The translations under genes were made by a program, and so were the position numbers. A stretch of 64,000 bases of DNA, taken from the IMG/VR virus record IMGVR_UViG_3300043411_001314, positions 53,503-117,502 of that record. One strand, written 5' to 3'. Within the stretch, counting starts at the first letter, position 1. The number at the start of each line of letters is the position of its first letter. The DNA comes from a virus. Below the pieces are notes generated by a model, which searched no databases, was not told where the DNA came from, and saw nothing but the letters and a program-made list of their open reading frames with translations. Shown one piece after another: positions 46,889 to 56,119 of the stretch.

Positions 46889-47395
46889 TCACCAGTGGGC
46901 ATCGACGACAGCGACCCAGTCGCAGCCGCCGAGCAGCTGGTAGGCGTGACTCACCTCGACGTCCCGGAACAGGACACCACCGCACACCACGGTGATCTGG
47001 TCCCAGTTGGGAAGCCGGCCCGGCAGGTCGGCCACCCGAAGGATGTCGTCGGGGTGCGGCGCCCACCTGGTGGGCCAGACCTGCATCCGCCCCGTGCCGT
47101 TGCAGCCGTTGCAGCCGTTGCAGCCGTCGAACCACGCCTGGCCGAACTGCTCGAGCCCGCCCGGGCGGACGCCCGTGCCCGAGCAGAGGTTGCAGGTGTC
47201 GAAGTGCTCGGGGTCTGTCTCTCGGTCGTAGCCGGGGGACAGCAGCCCCTTCCATCGACCGCCGAGCTTCCACCAGTCGAACTCACCGTTGCCGCAGTGC
47301 TCGCACATGGTGAGGGGCTTCATGGCGTCGTTGAGCAGGTCGATCAGGGCGTCGTCGTCATCGTTGGTCAGGCCAACGAGTAGGAGTTGATGCAT
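46889..47395 (-). CDS. hypothetical protein with DnaJ-type CxxCxGxG zinc finger
   Basis: FDWWKLGGRW, CNLCSGTG, CNGCNGTG, VVDAH. Confidence 0.75.
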   Translation of the reverse strand: MHQLLLVGLTNDDDDALIDLLNDAMKPLTMCEHCGNGEFDWWKLGGRWKGLLSPGYDRETDPEHFDTCNLCSGTGVRPGGLEQFGQAWFDGCNGCNGCNGTGRMQVWPTRWAPHPDDILRVADLPGRLPNWDQITVVCGGVLFRDVEVSHAYQLLGGCDWVAVVDAHW

Positions 47396-47397
47396 GG

Positions 47398-47685
47398 TCA
47401 GTTCGCGCTTTCGATGTTGGCGATCTCGCGATCGGCGGTTTGGCAGTCGAGGATCTCGTCGTGGATGTGCTGGACGGTGATCGTCGCGTCAAGCGATGCA
47501 CCCAGCGCGCCCAGGACCACGTCGTCCAACTCCTCGCTGGCGAGGTAGACGTCGGCGTCGGTGCCTTCGCATGCCAGGACCGTCATCTGGTTGGCCAGGA
47601 TGCGATGCCCGACCTCGTCGTCGACCTCGAACGTCCAGGTCTCGCGGATGATGGCGGGAACCGTCGTCTCGATGAGCAGCCTCAT
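47398..47685 (-). CDS. hypothetical protein
   Basis: AAGGAG RBS after tRNA-Thr. Confidence 0.7.
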   Translation of the reverse strand: MRLLIETTVPAIIRETWTFEVDDEVGHRILANQMTVLACEGTDADVYLASEELDDVVLGALGASLDATITVQHIHDEILDCQTADREIANIESAN

Positions 47686-47714
47686 GTTGTCTCCTTGGGT
47701 TCGGTGGTGGTCGG

Positions 47715-47789
47715 AGCCGCCGGTGGGATTCGAACCCACGACCAGCCGCTTACAAGGCGGCTGCTCTGGCCGGACTGAGCTACGGCGGC
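47715..47789 (-). tRNA. tRNA-Thr(UGU)
   Basis: GCCGCCG/CGGCGGC acceptor, GCCGC-CTTGTAA-GCGGC, TTCGAAT; CCA not encoded. Confidence 0.93.
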
Positions 47790-47825
47790 ATGACCCTCGA
47801 CCCGGAGGCCGAGGGGAGGGGGATA

Positions 47826-48323
47826 CTAGGCGGGCTCTCGCCCGGTAGTTCCCTCCGGGTCGTTGACGGTCGCGTCGGTGAACACCGTGGCCGATGCTCG
47901 ATCGACCCAGCCGTCATCGTTCGACCAGTAGAGGGTTTCTTCTTCGCACTCCATGAGGATGACGAACGGAGGCATCCCCTCGTTGATCGCGTAGAGGACC
48001 CCCAGGCTGCCCCACGGCAGGGGCTCGCCGTCGTTGTCCGCCGCTCGCTGGACATCGGCGAGGTACCTGATGGCCGGAGGCGTCAGCGGCCAGCCGTAGA
48101 CGTCGGCGGCCTCAATGGCCCCCATCGTGCACCCGGAGTCCGGCACCTCCCAGCCGTCCTCTCGGTCCGCCAACTCCCCTACGAGGCAGTGCAGGTCGGG
48201 CCACTCCTGGTCGGTGTAGAGGCACCCCTCCGTTTCTTCGTCGACGGGGTTCACCGACGTCGGCTTCTCGGCGACGATCGCCAGCAGCTTCGGCCTCAGG
48301 TCTTTGACGGTCAGCAGTTCCAC
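47826..48323 (-). CDS. hypothetical protein
   Basis: GGAGG RBS; CLY...HCLVG; LYWSNDDGWVD domain. Confidence 0.7.
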   Translation of the reverse strand: MELLTVKDLRPKLLAIVAEKPTSVNPVDEETEGCLYTDQEWPDLHCLVGELADREDGWEVPDSGCTMGAIEAADVYGWPLTPPAIRYLADVQRAADNDGEPLPWGSLGVLYAINEGMPPFVILMECEEETLYWSNDDGWVDRASATVFTDATVNDPEGTTGREPA

Positions 48324-48345
48324 AACGCCTCCGTTTCCGTCCGGC

Positions 48346-48531
48346 TCACTCACCGAACATCGGGTACAGGCTGCGAGGGGATGGGTGCTCCCACCCAAAC
48401 CCGCAGCCCTGGGGATCCGAGCAGCGACCGTTCCCGGTCGAGCTTCCACACTTCGGGCAAACCCCCGGGGTGGGGGCACAGTCAGGCGAGCAGCCCTCCT
48501 TGCCACAGTCGATGCAGTGGGTGTCCATCAT
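48346..48531 (-). CDS. small Cys-rich protein
   Basis: CxxC motifs, TGATG coupling. Confidence 0.55.
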   Translation of the reverse strand: MMDTHCIDCGKEGCSPDCAPTPGVCPKCGSSTGNGRCSDPQGCGFGWEHPSPRSLYPMFGE

Positions 48532-49304
48532 CACCACCGGCTCGTCCGGGTCACCGTTCCGTCGTCGTTGTCCTCGTAGGTGCCCTCGTTGCTGGCGACC
48601 ATCGCCTCTCGCACCGCCAGCGAGATGTCGGTGAAGTTCTCGCCGCCCACGGGCACGATGTGGGGCAGGATGCCGATGCGATCGCCGGCCCAACGTCCGG
48701 CGAACAGGTCACCAAGCGGGCCTCGGGCGTCGCCGCCACCTCGCCCGTTCGAGCAGGACAACAGCACCGCCAGGGCGGTCATCACCCCGCCGCCGTAGTC
48801 GGCGATGAACGAGTCCCACCGGGGATCGTCACCGAAGGTGCCTGGCGACAACGCCTCCTTCTTGTCGAGGTTGGCGATGAAGGCTTCCACGCCGGACGGC
48901 TCGCGGGGTGGGTCGGGTAGTGGGGCGGGGCGGTAGGCGCCGCTGGGCAGCGAGGCCCAGAACCCCTCCTTCACCATCAGGCCGCCGACCTCCTCACTGA
49001 TGTCGTCGGGGTACTCCGACGGGGAGAGGGGGTAGTCGTCCGGGTACTCGAGGGCGTCCGCCTTGCTGGCGTAGAGCCGGTCGACGTTGGGGATGCTGCG
49101 CACGTCGTCGGGCTCGGCGTAGTCACCGACGATGACGATGCGCTTGCCGGCCCAGCGTCCCTCACCCACCAACAGCAGGCCGAGCGCCGCCATCGTGCCG
49201 CTCCCCGAGCAGCCGAACTCCATGAGCTTCAGCCCGTCGCCGAACCAGTGGGGGTTGATCTGCTCCATCGTGTCGACGCAGACGGGCATGTGGTACTGAC
49301 CCAT
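48531..49304 (-). CDS. hypothetical protein with internal duplication
   Basis: MGQY...FGDGLKLMEF...GRWAG.RI repeated twice. Confidence 0.8.
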   Translation of the reverse strand: MGQYHMPVCVDTMEQINPHWFGDGLKLMEFGCSGSGTMAALGLLLVGEGRWAGKRIVIVGDYAEPDDVRSIPNVDRLYASKADALEYPDDYPLSPSEYPDDISEEVGGLMVKEGFWASLPSGAYRPAPLPDPPREPSGVEAFIANLDKKEALSPGTFGDDPRWDSFIADYGGGVMTALAVLLSCSNGRGGGDARGPLGDLFAGRWAGDRIGILPHIVPVGGENFTDISLAVREAMVASNEGTYEDNDDGTVTRTSRW

Positions 49305-49322
49305 GATGGGCCCTCCTTGTGG

Positions 49323-49490
49323 TTAGTGGGGGCGGCGGTGCTCGTCCTCGCCGATGCGAGGATCGAGCTCAGCCATTGCTTCGTAGTAGTCATCGAGGGA
49401 TTGCTCGTCGGGGTCGAGGCCGTTGTCCTCACACCAGGACTCGAAGGCGTCGCCCAGGGCGTAGGCCGGATCTTCGTCCAGGCGTCCCAT
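49323..49490 (-). CDS. hypothetical protein
   Basis: Coupled, acidic 55 aa. Confidence 0.55.
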   Translation of the reverse strand: MGRLDEDPAYALGDAFESWCEDNGLDPDEQSLDDYYEAMAELDPRIGEDEHRRPH

Positions 49491-49954
49491 CAGTTGTTCT
49501 CCGCCATCAGCCACACGAACTTGATGAGAACGATTCCCACCGAGATCGAGAAGGACAGGAGCAGGATCGTCCAGGCGGCGAGCAGCACGTTCCAGAAGTC
49601 CGCCTTGCGTGGCCAGGGCTCGGCCAGGATCCCAGCCTCGTCGAGGTCGGTGAGAGCATCGAGCGCCTCGGATGGCGAGTCGCCCCACGACGTACCGCCG
49701 GTGATCAGGATGGTGCGGCCGGCGACTTCGATGACGACGGCGTCCCGGGCGCCGACCTCGAAGATGAACTCGATGCGGTCGCGAAGGTGGATGCGCCAGG
49801 CGTCCAGCACCTCATCCGGGGCGCCCTCCTCGTCGAACCAGTCGGCCGGTTCGGTGACGGCGTCGATGCGCCGGTTCAGTTCGGCCCGTGCCCGGTCGGG
49901 GTCGTCCCACAGGTCGGTGACGTCCAGGTGGGCCAGGATCAGATCAGCTCCCAT
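49490..49954 (-). CDS. hypothetical protein with C-terminal TM helix
   Basis: MGADL...ITGGTSWGDSPSE. Confidence 0.7.
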   Translation of the reverse strand: MGADLILAHLDVTDLWDDPDRARAELNRRIDAVTEPADWFDEEGAPDEVLDAWRIHLRDRIEFIFEVGARDAVVIEVAGRTILITGGTSWGDSPSEALDALTDLDEAGILAEPWPRKADFWNVLLAAWTILLLSFSISVGIVLIKFVWLMAENN

Positions 49955-50274
49955 GTGTTCCCCTCCTTGGGTGCGGCGATAGTGAAGTCGGCGTTGTGCT
50001 TCGTCCGGAAGGACTTGATCGGGGTGAGCGCCTTCTTGTAGTCGGCGAGGTCGATGTCGACGGGCCGGAACCGGTCGACGCTGGTGATCAGGGCCATGAG
50101 CTTCTTCGCGGCCAGGGCGGGCTTGCGCCAGTAGGGCCAGCCGTCGCTGTTGGCGTTCGTCCAGCGGACCAGCTCGTCCATGGTGGTCGCTGCGGCGGCG
50201 AGGACGGGGAACTCGGCGGCCAGGGGGACCCACCGGCGGAAGGCTGTCTCGATCTCGTACTCGTTCATCCACAT
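49939..50274 (-). CDS. hypothetical phage protein
   Basis: MNEYEI...WTNANSDGWPYWRKP...ALTPIKSF. Confidence 0.75.
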   Translation of the reverse strand: MWMNEYEIETAFRRWVPLAAEFPVLAAAATTMDELVRWTNANSDGWPYWRKPALAAKKLMALITSVDRFRPVDIDLADYKKALTPIKSFRTKHNADFTIAAPKEGNTWELI

Positions 50275-50276
50275 GG

Positions 50277-51005
50277 TCAGGCCCCCAACGCTCGGGCGCC
50301 GCCACTGACACCGCGCTGGCCGATCGAGGCCCGCTCGGCGGCCTCCCGGCCGGCGCTGTGCCCCGCCCCCGAACTCGCCGTGGTCCGGCGGTTCGTGGTG
50401 CGGGGGTACAACTCCCGGAGGTGTCGGTCGACGGCGTCCTTCTTCGACGCCAGGACGATGGACACCCCGCCGTCGCCAGCCTCGGCCTCCTCGATCACCG
50501 AAGCCCGGGCATCCTGCAGCCGCACCCGGATCTTGCCGGAGAACCCCAGCAGGAAGGCGTGGCGGAACCGTCGCGGCTTCTCCCAGTAGGGGACCACCGC
50601 CCGGGCCATCGCCGTCGCTGCCTGGATGGACAGCGACCCGAACAGGGTGTTGACGGCGGCGATGTCCTCGGCGTACCCGATGAGCGAGATCTGGATCTTG
50701 CCACCGGCCGAGCCGACTCGGACACACTGGACGTCGTTGACCAGGGCGATGGAGGCCAGCAGCGTCACCTTCGCCGAAGCGTAGGGGGCGTGGACCACCA
50801 CCAGTTCACTCGTCGGTACGCCTCGATCGGCGTGGTTGGTGCCGAGCATCGCCAGGTCGATGGCGTGGCGGGTCATCAGTTCCTGCGCCTTCGCCATGAA
50901 GGCTTCGGCCTCGTCGGGGAACTCGGTGGACTCGGCCTTGGCGATCAACGCCTGGACCTTCGAGACCCAGGTCTCGGTGTTGTTGTCGGTGATGGTCACG
51001 GTCAC
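50277..51005 (-). CDS. DUF2786 domain protein
   Basis: KVQALIAKAESTEFPDEAEAFMAKAQELMTRHAID. Confidence 0.85.
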   Translation of the reverse strand: MTVTITDNNTETWVSKVQALIAKAESTEFPDEAEAFMAKAQELMTRHAIDLAMLGTNHADRGVPTSELVVVHAPYASAKVTLLASIALVNDVQCVRVGSAGGKIQISLIGYAEDIAAVNTLFGSLSIQAATAMARAVVPYWEKPRRFRHAFLLGFSGKIRVRLQDARASVIEEAEAGDGGVSIVLASKKDAVDRHLRELYPRTTNRRTTASSGAGHSAGREAAERASIGQRGVSGGARALGA

Positions 51006-51166
51006 TTCCCTTCACGATGCCGGACGAACCGGGCATCGACTAGCTGCTCCCTGTATGCCTTCTCGGTCCAGCCACACGAGCACACGATCACATGCTCGGT
51101 GCCGACCGTGTTTTTGCCGTCGGTGAAGCCGTACTTCTTGTACCGCCTGGCGATCTGGTGGGCCAT
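51002..51166 (-). CDS. small hypothetical protein
   Basis: 54 aa, CSCGW. Confidence 0.5.
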   Translation of the reverse strand: MAHQIARRYKKYGFTDGKNTVGTEHVIVCSCGWTEKAYREQLVDARFVRHREGK

Positions 51167-51382
51167 CTAGGCCGCCGAAGCCGCGTCGGCCACCTTGACC
51201 CTCGCGTTGGCGACGGCCAGGCTGAGGGCGGCCACGAACTGCTCGGGCTGGATGCCATCCGACAGGAAGAACGTGACAGGTCCGACGTCGATGGCGCCGA
51301 AGTTGGAGAAGAAGCTGCAGTCGATCTCGATCGAGTCGAGATCGCCGTGCAGGTGGACGCTGGTCTTGGTGTTGGCGGTCAT
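51167..51382 (-). CDS. hypothetical protein
   Basis: GGAGG RBS, ATGA coupling. Confidence 0.65.
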   Translation of the reverse strand: MTANTKTSVHLHGDLDSIEIDCSFFSNFGAIDVGPVTFFLSDGIQPEQFVAALSLAVANARVKVADAASAA

Positions 51383-52272
51383 GCTGCATCCTCCGGGGTT
51401 GCGTTGGCAGGAAGGTCGTCGCGCCACACGGTGATGGCGCAGAAGCGGGTCACGAACTCGTGGATGGTCTCGTACTCGGTGGGCCGGGCCCCGGTGGGCT
51501 CGATCCCGGTGAGCTCGTGCCACGGATGGTCGTCCTCGCCGGGGAAGTTCCAGTCGCCGTCGCTGGCGAGGTGCTCCCAGCCCAGCTGGACGGGGATGAA
51601 GTGCTCACAGCTCCCCTTGCCGAGCCGCTGCGGGTCGCGGGTCGGTGTGGAACGGGAGGACGGCACCGGTGTCGAGGTCGACGAGCTCGACGAGGTACCA
51701 GCCGCCGTCGGGGACGGGGGCCTGCACGGCGCTGTGGACGCTGGGCCACAGCTCGGCCCACCGGTCGACCGCCGGCCCGTCCGGGTCGTTGTCGTGGCGG
51801 CGTTCGATCGACATGATCCGGGCGTCGGGTTCGTCGCCGAGGTCGAGGTCGCCGCCGCAGAGTCCGTCGAGGTCCCAGCGCCACAGGGTAGCGTCGAGGA
51901 TCTGTTGGCGGTTCACGGCTTGGCCCGGGTGATGACCGGCCACCACAGGTCGAAGGTGCGGGCCGCGGTGGCCCCGTCCTGCCAGTTCTGGTGGTCGCCG
52001 TCCCACCACTGGTCGTCTGCGGTGACGTCGGCGGCGAGCTTCATGGTGGCGCCGGCGGTGAGCACGGCCCGGGTGGAGTCGAGTTCGCCGCGGTCGACGG
52101 TGCCTTCCTGGTACCCGTCCAAGTACGAGTCCACGTCGACGTTGCGGTAGCCGTCGAGGTGGGCGATGATCGCGTCCCGCTCGGCGGCGGTGATCTCTCC
52201 GGGGAACACCCGACGATCATGCAGCTTGTAGTTCGATGCATCTCGGTACATGTAGTCGATGGCGGTGTTCAT
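51379..52272 (-). pseudogene. hypothetical gene interrupted by a 540-bp insertion
   Basis: N-part MNTAIDYMYRDASNYK...HLDG and C-part CEHFIPVQLG...DDHPWHEL rejoin in frame when 51609-52148 is removed. Confidence 0.6.
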
Positions 52273-52463
52273 GCCGGCTCCACACTCAGGTCGGTGACGG
52301 TGAGGACGACCGCCCCCTCGAACTCGGAGGCCACCAGCCCGGCGTACTCCGGGTCCCGGTAGCAGTAGCACCCACTGAACGGGTTGTCGTCGGTCAACGG
52401 CTCAGCGAGCCCCCACCGTCCGACGTAGCCGTTCGGGGTGCGGATGACGTAGTGCTCTCTCAT
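52269..52463 (-). CDS. hypothetical protein
   Basis: Coupled. Confidence 0.6.
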   Translation of the reverse strand: MREHYVIRTPNGYVGRWGLAEPLTDDNPFSGCYCYRDPEYAGLVASEFEGAVVLTVTDLSVEPA

Positions 52464-52822
52464 GATTCCTCCAACAGGTAGGCGGTGATGTAGAAGTAGC
52501 CGGCCGATGACTGCGCCGACCCGACGACACGGATCTTGTCGTCGGCGTAGAGCTGGTACTCGCTGTCGCTGCGGGTGTCGACGTCGTAGCCCTGCAGGGC
52601 GGCGCTCAGCACACGCTGCAGGTTGAGGGGCGGGAAGTAGTCGTTCAGCCAGGCCAGCAAGTAGCCCCGATCCGAGTTACGGCCGATGCAGTCGGTGCGA
52701 TCCCAGGGGATGTCGACATGCCCGTCCTGGGTGACGATGGCTCGCGCCCCCCATGCGGCGGGCACCTCGGCCGGGACGGTGCCGTGGCGGTACCCGTACT
52801 CCAGTTCCTCGATGGGTGTCAT
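52460..52822 (-). CDS. hypothetical protein
   Basis: AWGARAI...SAGYFYITAY; GGAGG RBS. Confidence 0.75.
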   Translation of the reverse strand: MTPIEELEYGYRHGTVPAEVPAAWGARAIVTQDGHVDIPWDRTDCIGRNSDRGYLLAWLNDYFPPLNLQRVLSAALQGYDVDTRSDSEYQLYADDKIRVVGSAQSSAGYFYITAYLLEES

Positions 52823-53124
52823 GGTTCCTCCGGTTGGTTCGTGGCATCCGGCACGAGGCCGGTGCCCTTACAGGTCTGGCATGGCACGAAGTCCCAGTTG
52901 GACCCGTAGACGTGGCCCGGCATCCGCCCGCCGAACTGGTTGTGGCACTCGGGGCATTCCGTGCCGGGCTCCACCACCCCAGCGAAGATCCACCACTTGT
53001 CGTCGTCCGGGGAGTGCAGGACCACGCCGTCCGGCATGTGGCGATCCCGGTAGCTCTCGGCGTCATCGCGGTACTCGAAGCCGTCGGCTGCGAAGCCCGT
53101 CTGCCACCACCCGCCCTTCTTCAT
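52819..53124 (-). CDS. hypothetical protein with CxxC...CxxCxGxG
   Basis: Coupled. Confidence 0.65.
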   Translation of the reverse strand: MKKGGWWQTGFAADGFEYRDDAESYRDRHMPDGVVLHSPDDDKWWIFAGVVEPGTECPECHNQFGGRMPGHVYGSNWDFVPCQTCKGTGLVPDATNQPEEP

Positions 53125-53366
53125 GGCTCCACCCCCAGGATGACGAAGGCGTTGTACCCCGCAGCCCGAGCCGTCCGGTACGGCCCGTCGACCCGACCGC
53201 CCGAGAGGTCCCAGATCGGGGCATCGGTAGTTATGCCCCCGTAGAGGCGGGTCCCGCGGTAGGCCAGGTCCCGTTCGATCAGGTCGGCCGGCACCTTGAT
53301 GACCTCAACGGAGCCGTCGCCGTACAGGAACTGGACTCGTGCGCTCACCTTGTTGGTCACAGGCAT
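53121..53366 (-). CDS. hypothetical protein
   Basis: Coupled. Confidence 0.6.
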   Translation of the reverse strand: MPVTNKVSARVQFLYGDGSVEVIKVPADLIERDLAYRGTRLYGGITTDAPIWDLSGGRVDGPYRTARAAGYNAFVILGVEP

Positions 53367-53608
53367 CTGATGTCCTCGTCCTCCTCGGCGGAGACCCCGA
53401 CGTAGTGGACGGTCCCGGTCCCGGGGTTGTGCCAGAACCAGTACCCGCCCCGTTGGGAGCCGGTGTAGTCGAGCGTCCCGAACGGGAAGATGTCGTCGAG
53501 ATCCTCGTTGCGGATCACGTCACACTCGATCGGTGCCCAGAAGCCCGGGGCGGGCCGGCACCCGGCCAGGGTGACCAGCGTGCAGATCAGTAGTAGGGCT
53601 CGCTTCAT
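53357..53608 (-). CDS. small lipoprotein
   Basis: MKRALLLICTLVTLAGC lipobox. Confidence 0.65.
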   Translation of the reverse strand: MKRALLLICTLVTLAGCRPAPGFWAPIECDVIRNEDLDDIFPFGTLDYTGSQRGGYWFWHNPGTGTVHYVGVSAEEDEDIRCL

Positions 53609-53681
53609 GCTTCCTCCGTCAGTCCGGCATGGATGATCCAGCCCAGGGTGAAGCACACCCCGAGCAGCAGCGCCAGCCAGG

Positions 53682-54020
53682 TCATGACTTCACCAGCCGT
53701 TCCATCAGATCCGCCAGCTCCCCCTCGGGGGCCTCGTCGGTCTCGCGCTCGGTGCCGTCATCGAAGTGGAACTGGGTCGTCCACTTCGTGCCGTCGTAGG
53801 CCACCAGGATGTCCGCCCGCTGGGGGACCTCGTCGATGGTGACCGTCGCACTGGAGATCACCACCACCTCGTCAGGGCGGTAGTCGGCGATCTCGCTGGT
53901 AGCGATCGCCGCTTCGAGGGTGGCGTAGGGATCGCCCTCAGCGACCGCCCAGATGTCCTCGTCCTCGCCGGCGCACCGGAAGGCGACGAGTGCGAATGCC
54001 TCACTGTTGTCGTTGCTCAT
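53682..54020 (-). CDS. hypothetical protein
   Basis: Acidic 112 aa. Confidence 0.65.
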   Translation of the reverse strand: MSNDNSEAFALVAFRCAGEDEDIWAVAEGDPYATLEAAIATSEIADYRPDEVVVISSATVTIDEVPQRADILVAYDGTKWTTQFHFDDGTERETDEAPEGELADLMERLVKS

Positions 54021-54057
54021 GTCATGGGTGTCCTCTCGTCGATGTAGTTGTCTGCAC

Positions 54058-54372
54058 TCAACGGTTCCACTCCCTGGTGAGTTGGGTGTTGCGCCGGCGG
54101 CAGCGCCGGGCCTCGGCCTCGAGGCGGTACGCTTCCTCCCTGAGCTCGGCGGCGTTCTCCTCTAGGGTCGTCGCCGAGGCAAGCGCCCCCTCGGCGAACC
54201 GGCGAGCCTGCTCGACCGACTCGGGGATGGTCCACCCGTCCGGGTCGACCCGATAGGTCTCCCCGTTGGGTCGCACGACGGTCGTGATGCCGTCGCTGTC
54301 GGTGGTCTCCGTCATGCGAGTCCCAGCACGGACCTTCTTGGACATGGCGATCGGATCGGCGTCCCAGGTCAT
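54058..54372 (-). CDS. hypothetical protein
   Basis: GGAGG RBS, coupled. Confidence 0.65.
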   Translation of the reverse strand: MTWDADPIAMSKKVRAGTRMTETTDSDGITTVVRPNGETYRVDPDGWTIPESVEQARRFAEGALASATTLEENAAELREEAYRLEAEARRCRRRNTQLTREWNR

Positions 54373-54662
54373 GCGAGCGCCTCCTCGAGCTCGTCAAGCG
54401 AGTGGACGCAGCAGTCCCGGGGGTCGATCCGCCCGTCGATGCGGGGCCACACGACCCCGAACAGACGATGGTCGAGGAACATCCCCGTGGTGACCTCGAC
54501 GATGTCTCCATCACTGGTGAACACGAACCCGAGCAACTCGGGGGTCATGGGGTTGTCGCCTTCGGGGCGATGGGGCATGCGTTCGGAGAGCCGGCCAGCG
54601 AAGCGAGCCCGGAACTCGGGCTCGATCACCCGCCAGTCGGTGGGATGCAGGGTGTCGTTCAC
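54369..54662 (-). CDS. hypothetical protein
   Basis: GTGA coupling. Confidence 0.65.
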   Translation of the reverse strand: MNDTLHPTDWRVIEPEFRARFAGRLSERMPHRPEGDNPMTPELLGFVFTSDGDIVEVTTGMFLDHRLFGVVWPRIDGRIDPRDCCVHSLDELEEALA

Positions 54663-55090
54663 TTGTTCACGATCCTTCCGTGCTTCTCGATCTGGTCGAT
54701 CAGGGCCTCAACCTGGGTGGGGGTCAGCCAGCCGTGGACATCGCCGATCTCTCCACCCGGTTCCTCCCAGTAGGCCAGTTCCCATAGGCCCTTCGACCCG
54801 CCGTAGCTGTAGGGGTGGCAGATCACCGACACCGTGATGTCCGGCCGGGTTGACGACCCGGACAGCTTGTAGCGCCGGGCGTCACCCCCGAACACAGGCT
54901 TGTTGCTGTCGGGGATGCGCCAGAACCCGTCGGTCAGTGGTGGTGTCGCCATCAGGTCACCTTTCTCGCCGTTGCCGGCGCTGTTGGACGATGCTTGCAA
55001 GGCCCGGCGGGCCGCTGCCAGGCCACGCCGGCCCGCCTCCTGGAAGAACTCGGGGATGGGCTCGGTGACCTTCACTTCGGTGACGTTCAC
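54659..55090 (-). CDS. hypothetical phage protein
   Basis: SVI....SYGG..GLWELA...DVHGWLT motif. Confidence 0.7.
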   Translation of the reverse strand: MNVTEVKVTEPIPEFFQEAGRRGLAAARRALQASSNSAGNGEKGDLMATPPLTDGFWRIPDSNKPVFGGDARRYKLSGSSTRPDITVSVICHPYSYGGSKGLWELAYWEEPGGEIGDVHGWLTPTQVEALIDQIEKHGRIVNK

Positions 55091-55629
55091 TCGGTCTGAC
55101 CGTGGTGATCCACGGCGTCGTAGGTACGGCAGGACATGATCTCGACGATCTCGTCCAGGTGGAAGGGGCGGAACTCGGGGTTGCAGTCGATGCCGACGTC
55201 CATCCGAGTGGTGATGGATGGGGCCAGGAACCCATGAGAGTGGCCGTGCAGCATCCACACTCCGTGATGGGCCCCGTTCCAGGTCAGGAGCGGGTAGTGG
55301 CAGAGCACCGCCTTGTTGGGCTTGGCCTTCCAGGTGTGGAGCTCACCAACCGACGTCCACGGCAGCCGCTTGGTGGCGTTGTTGTCGTGGTTCCCGACGA
55401 TCAGGTGCTTGCGGCCATGCAGGCGATGGAAGGTGCGGGCCTTGTCCTCGGGAGTCTCGAAGGAGAAGTCACCGAGCAGCCACACCTCGTCGCCCCGGCC
55501 CACCGTCGCGTTCCACCGCTCGATGATCGCCTCGGCCATCGCCTCGACGTCATCGCCGGGCCGGCTCGGATGGTGGCGCAGGATGTTGGCGTGACCGAAG
55601 TGCAGGTCAGCCGTGAAGAAGGTCTCCAC
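55087..55629 (-). CDS. calcineurin-like metallophosphoesterase
   Basis: ADLHFGH, LGDF, GNHD, CHYP, LHGHSH, DVGID. Confidence 0.92.
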   Translation of the reverse strand: METFFTADLHFGHANILRHHPSRPGDDVEAMAEAIIERWNATVGRGDEVWLLGDFSFETPEDKARTFHRLHGRKHLIVGNHDNNATKRLPWTSVGELHTWKAKPNKAVLCHYPLLTWNGAHHGVWMLHGHSHGFLAPSITTRMDVGIDCNPEFRPFHLDEIVEIMSCRTYDAVDHHGQTE

Positions 55630-55630
55630 G

Positions 55631-56119
55631 TCAGTCGTCCACCACGTTGACCCACTGGGACTCGGGGTCGTCGGCGTCCCCTTCGGCGTCCCACCAGCTC
55701 CCGGCGGCGGTGAAGACCCGCCACCCGCCATCGCCGAGCATGACCCGAGTGATGGGGCCCGCCGTCCGGGCCAACGCCCCGGGCCTCACCAGCACCTTGC
55801 CCCGGGCCTCGGTCGGGTGGCACCGGCGTGATGCCGGCGTCTGCAGCGCCGTCCGTACCGCTTCGGCGATGAACCGGAAGATGTCACCCGAGTCCTGGTA
55901 GTACTCGCCAGCCCTGCCTCGGTACCTGCAGAAGCAGTCGGCTTCGTGGCTCGGGAAGCCGGTCACACCTGAGCGGGCGATCACCGACTTCAGGATGCAG
56001 AGCATGTCGATCAGATCCTGCGGGTTCTCAGGTCTCCACGTCGACACCATCGCCGCCTGGAGCGCGCCGGCGTCGGAGTCCCGGAGTTCCCGGGTGCCCC
56101 TTTCCCATGCTGTGGTCAT
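55631..56119 (-). CDS. hypothetical protein
   Basis: GGAGA RBS, 162 aa. Confidence 0.65.
   Translation of the reverse strand: MTTAWERGTRELRDSDAGALQAAMVSTWRPENPQDLIDMLCILKSVIARSGVTGFPSHEADCFCRYRGRAGEYYQDSGDIFRFIAEAVRTALQTPASRRCHPTEARGKVLVRPGALARTAGPITRVMLGDGGWRVFTAAGSWWDAEGDADDPESQWVNVVDD

Noticed and set aside
19436-47789. Suppressor tRNA or stop-codon recoding
   Set aside because: No CUA/UCA/UUA anticodon; genes end cleanly at coupled standard stops
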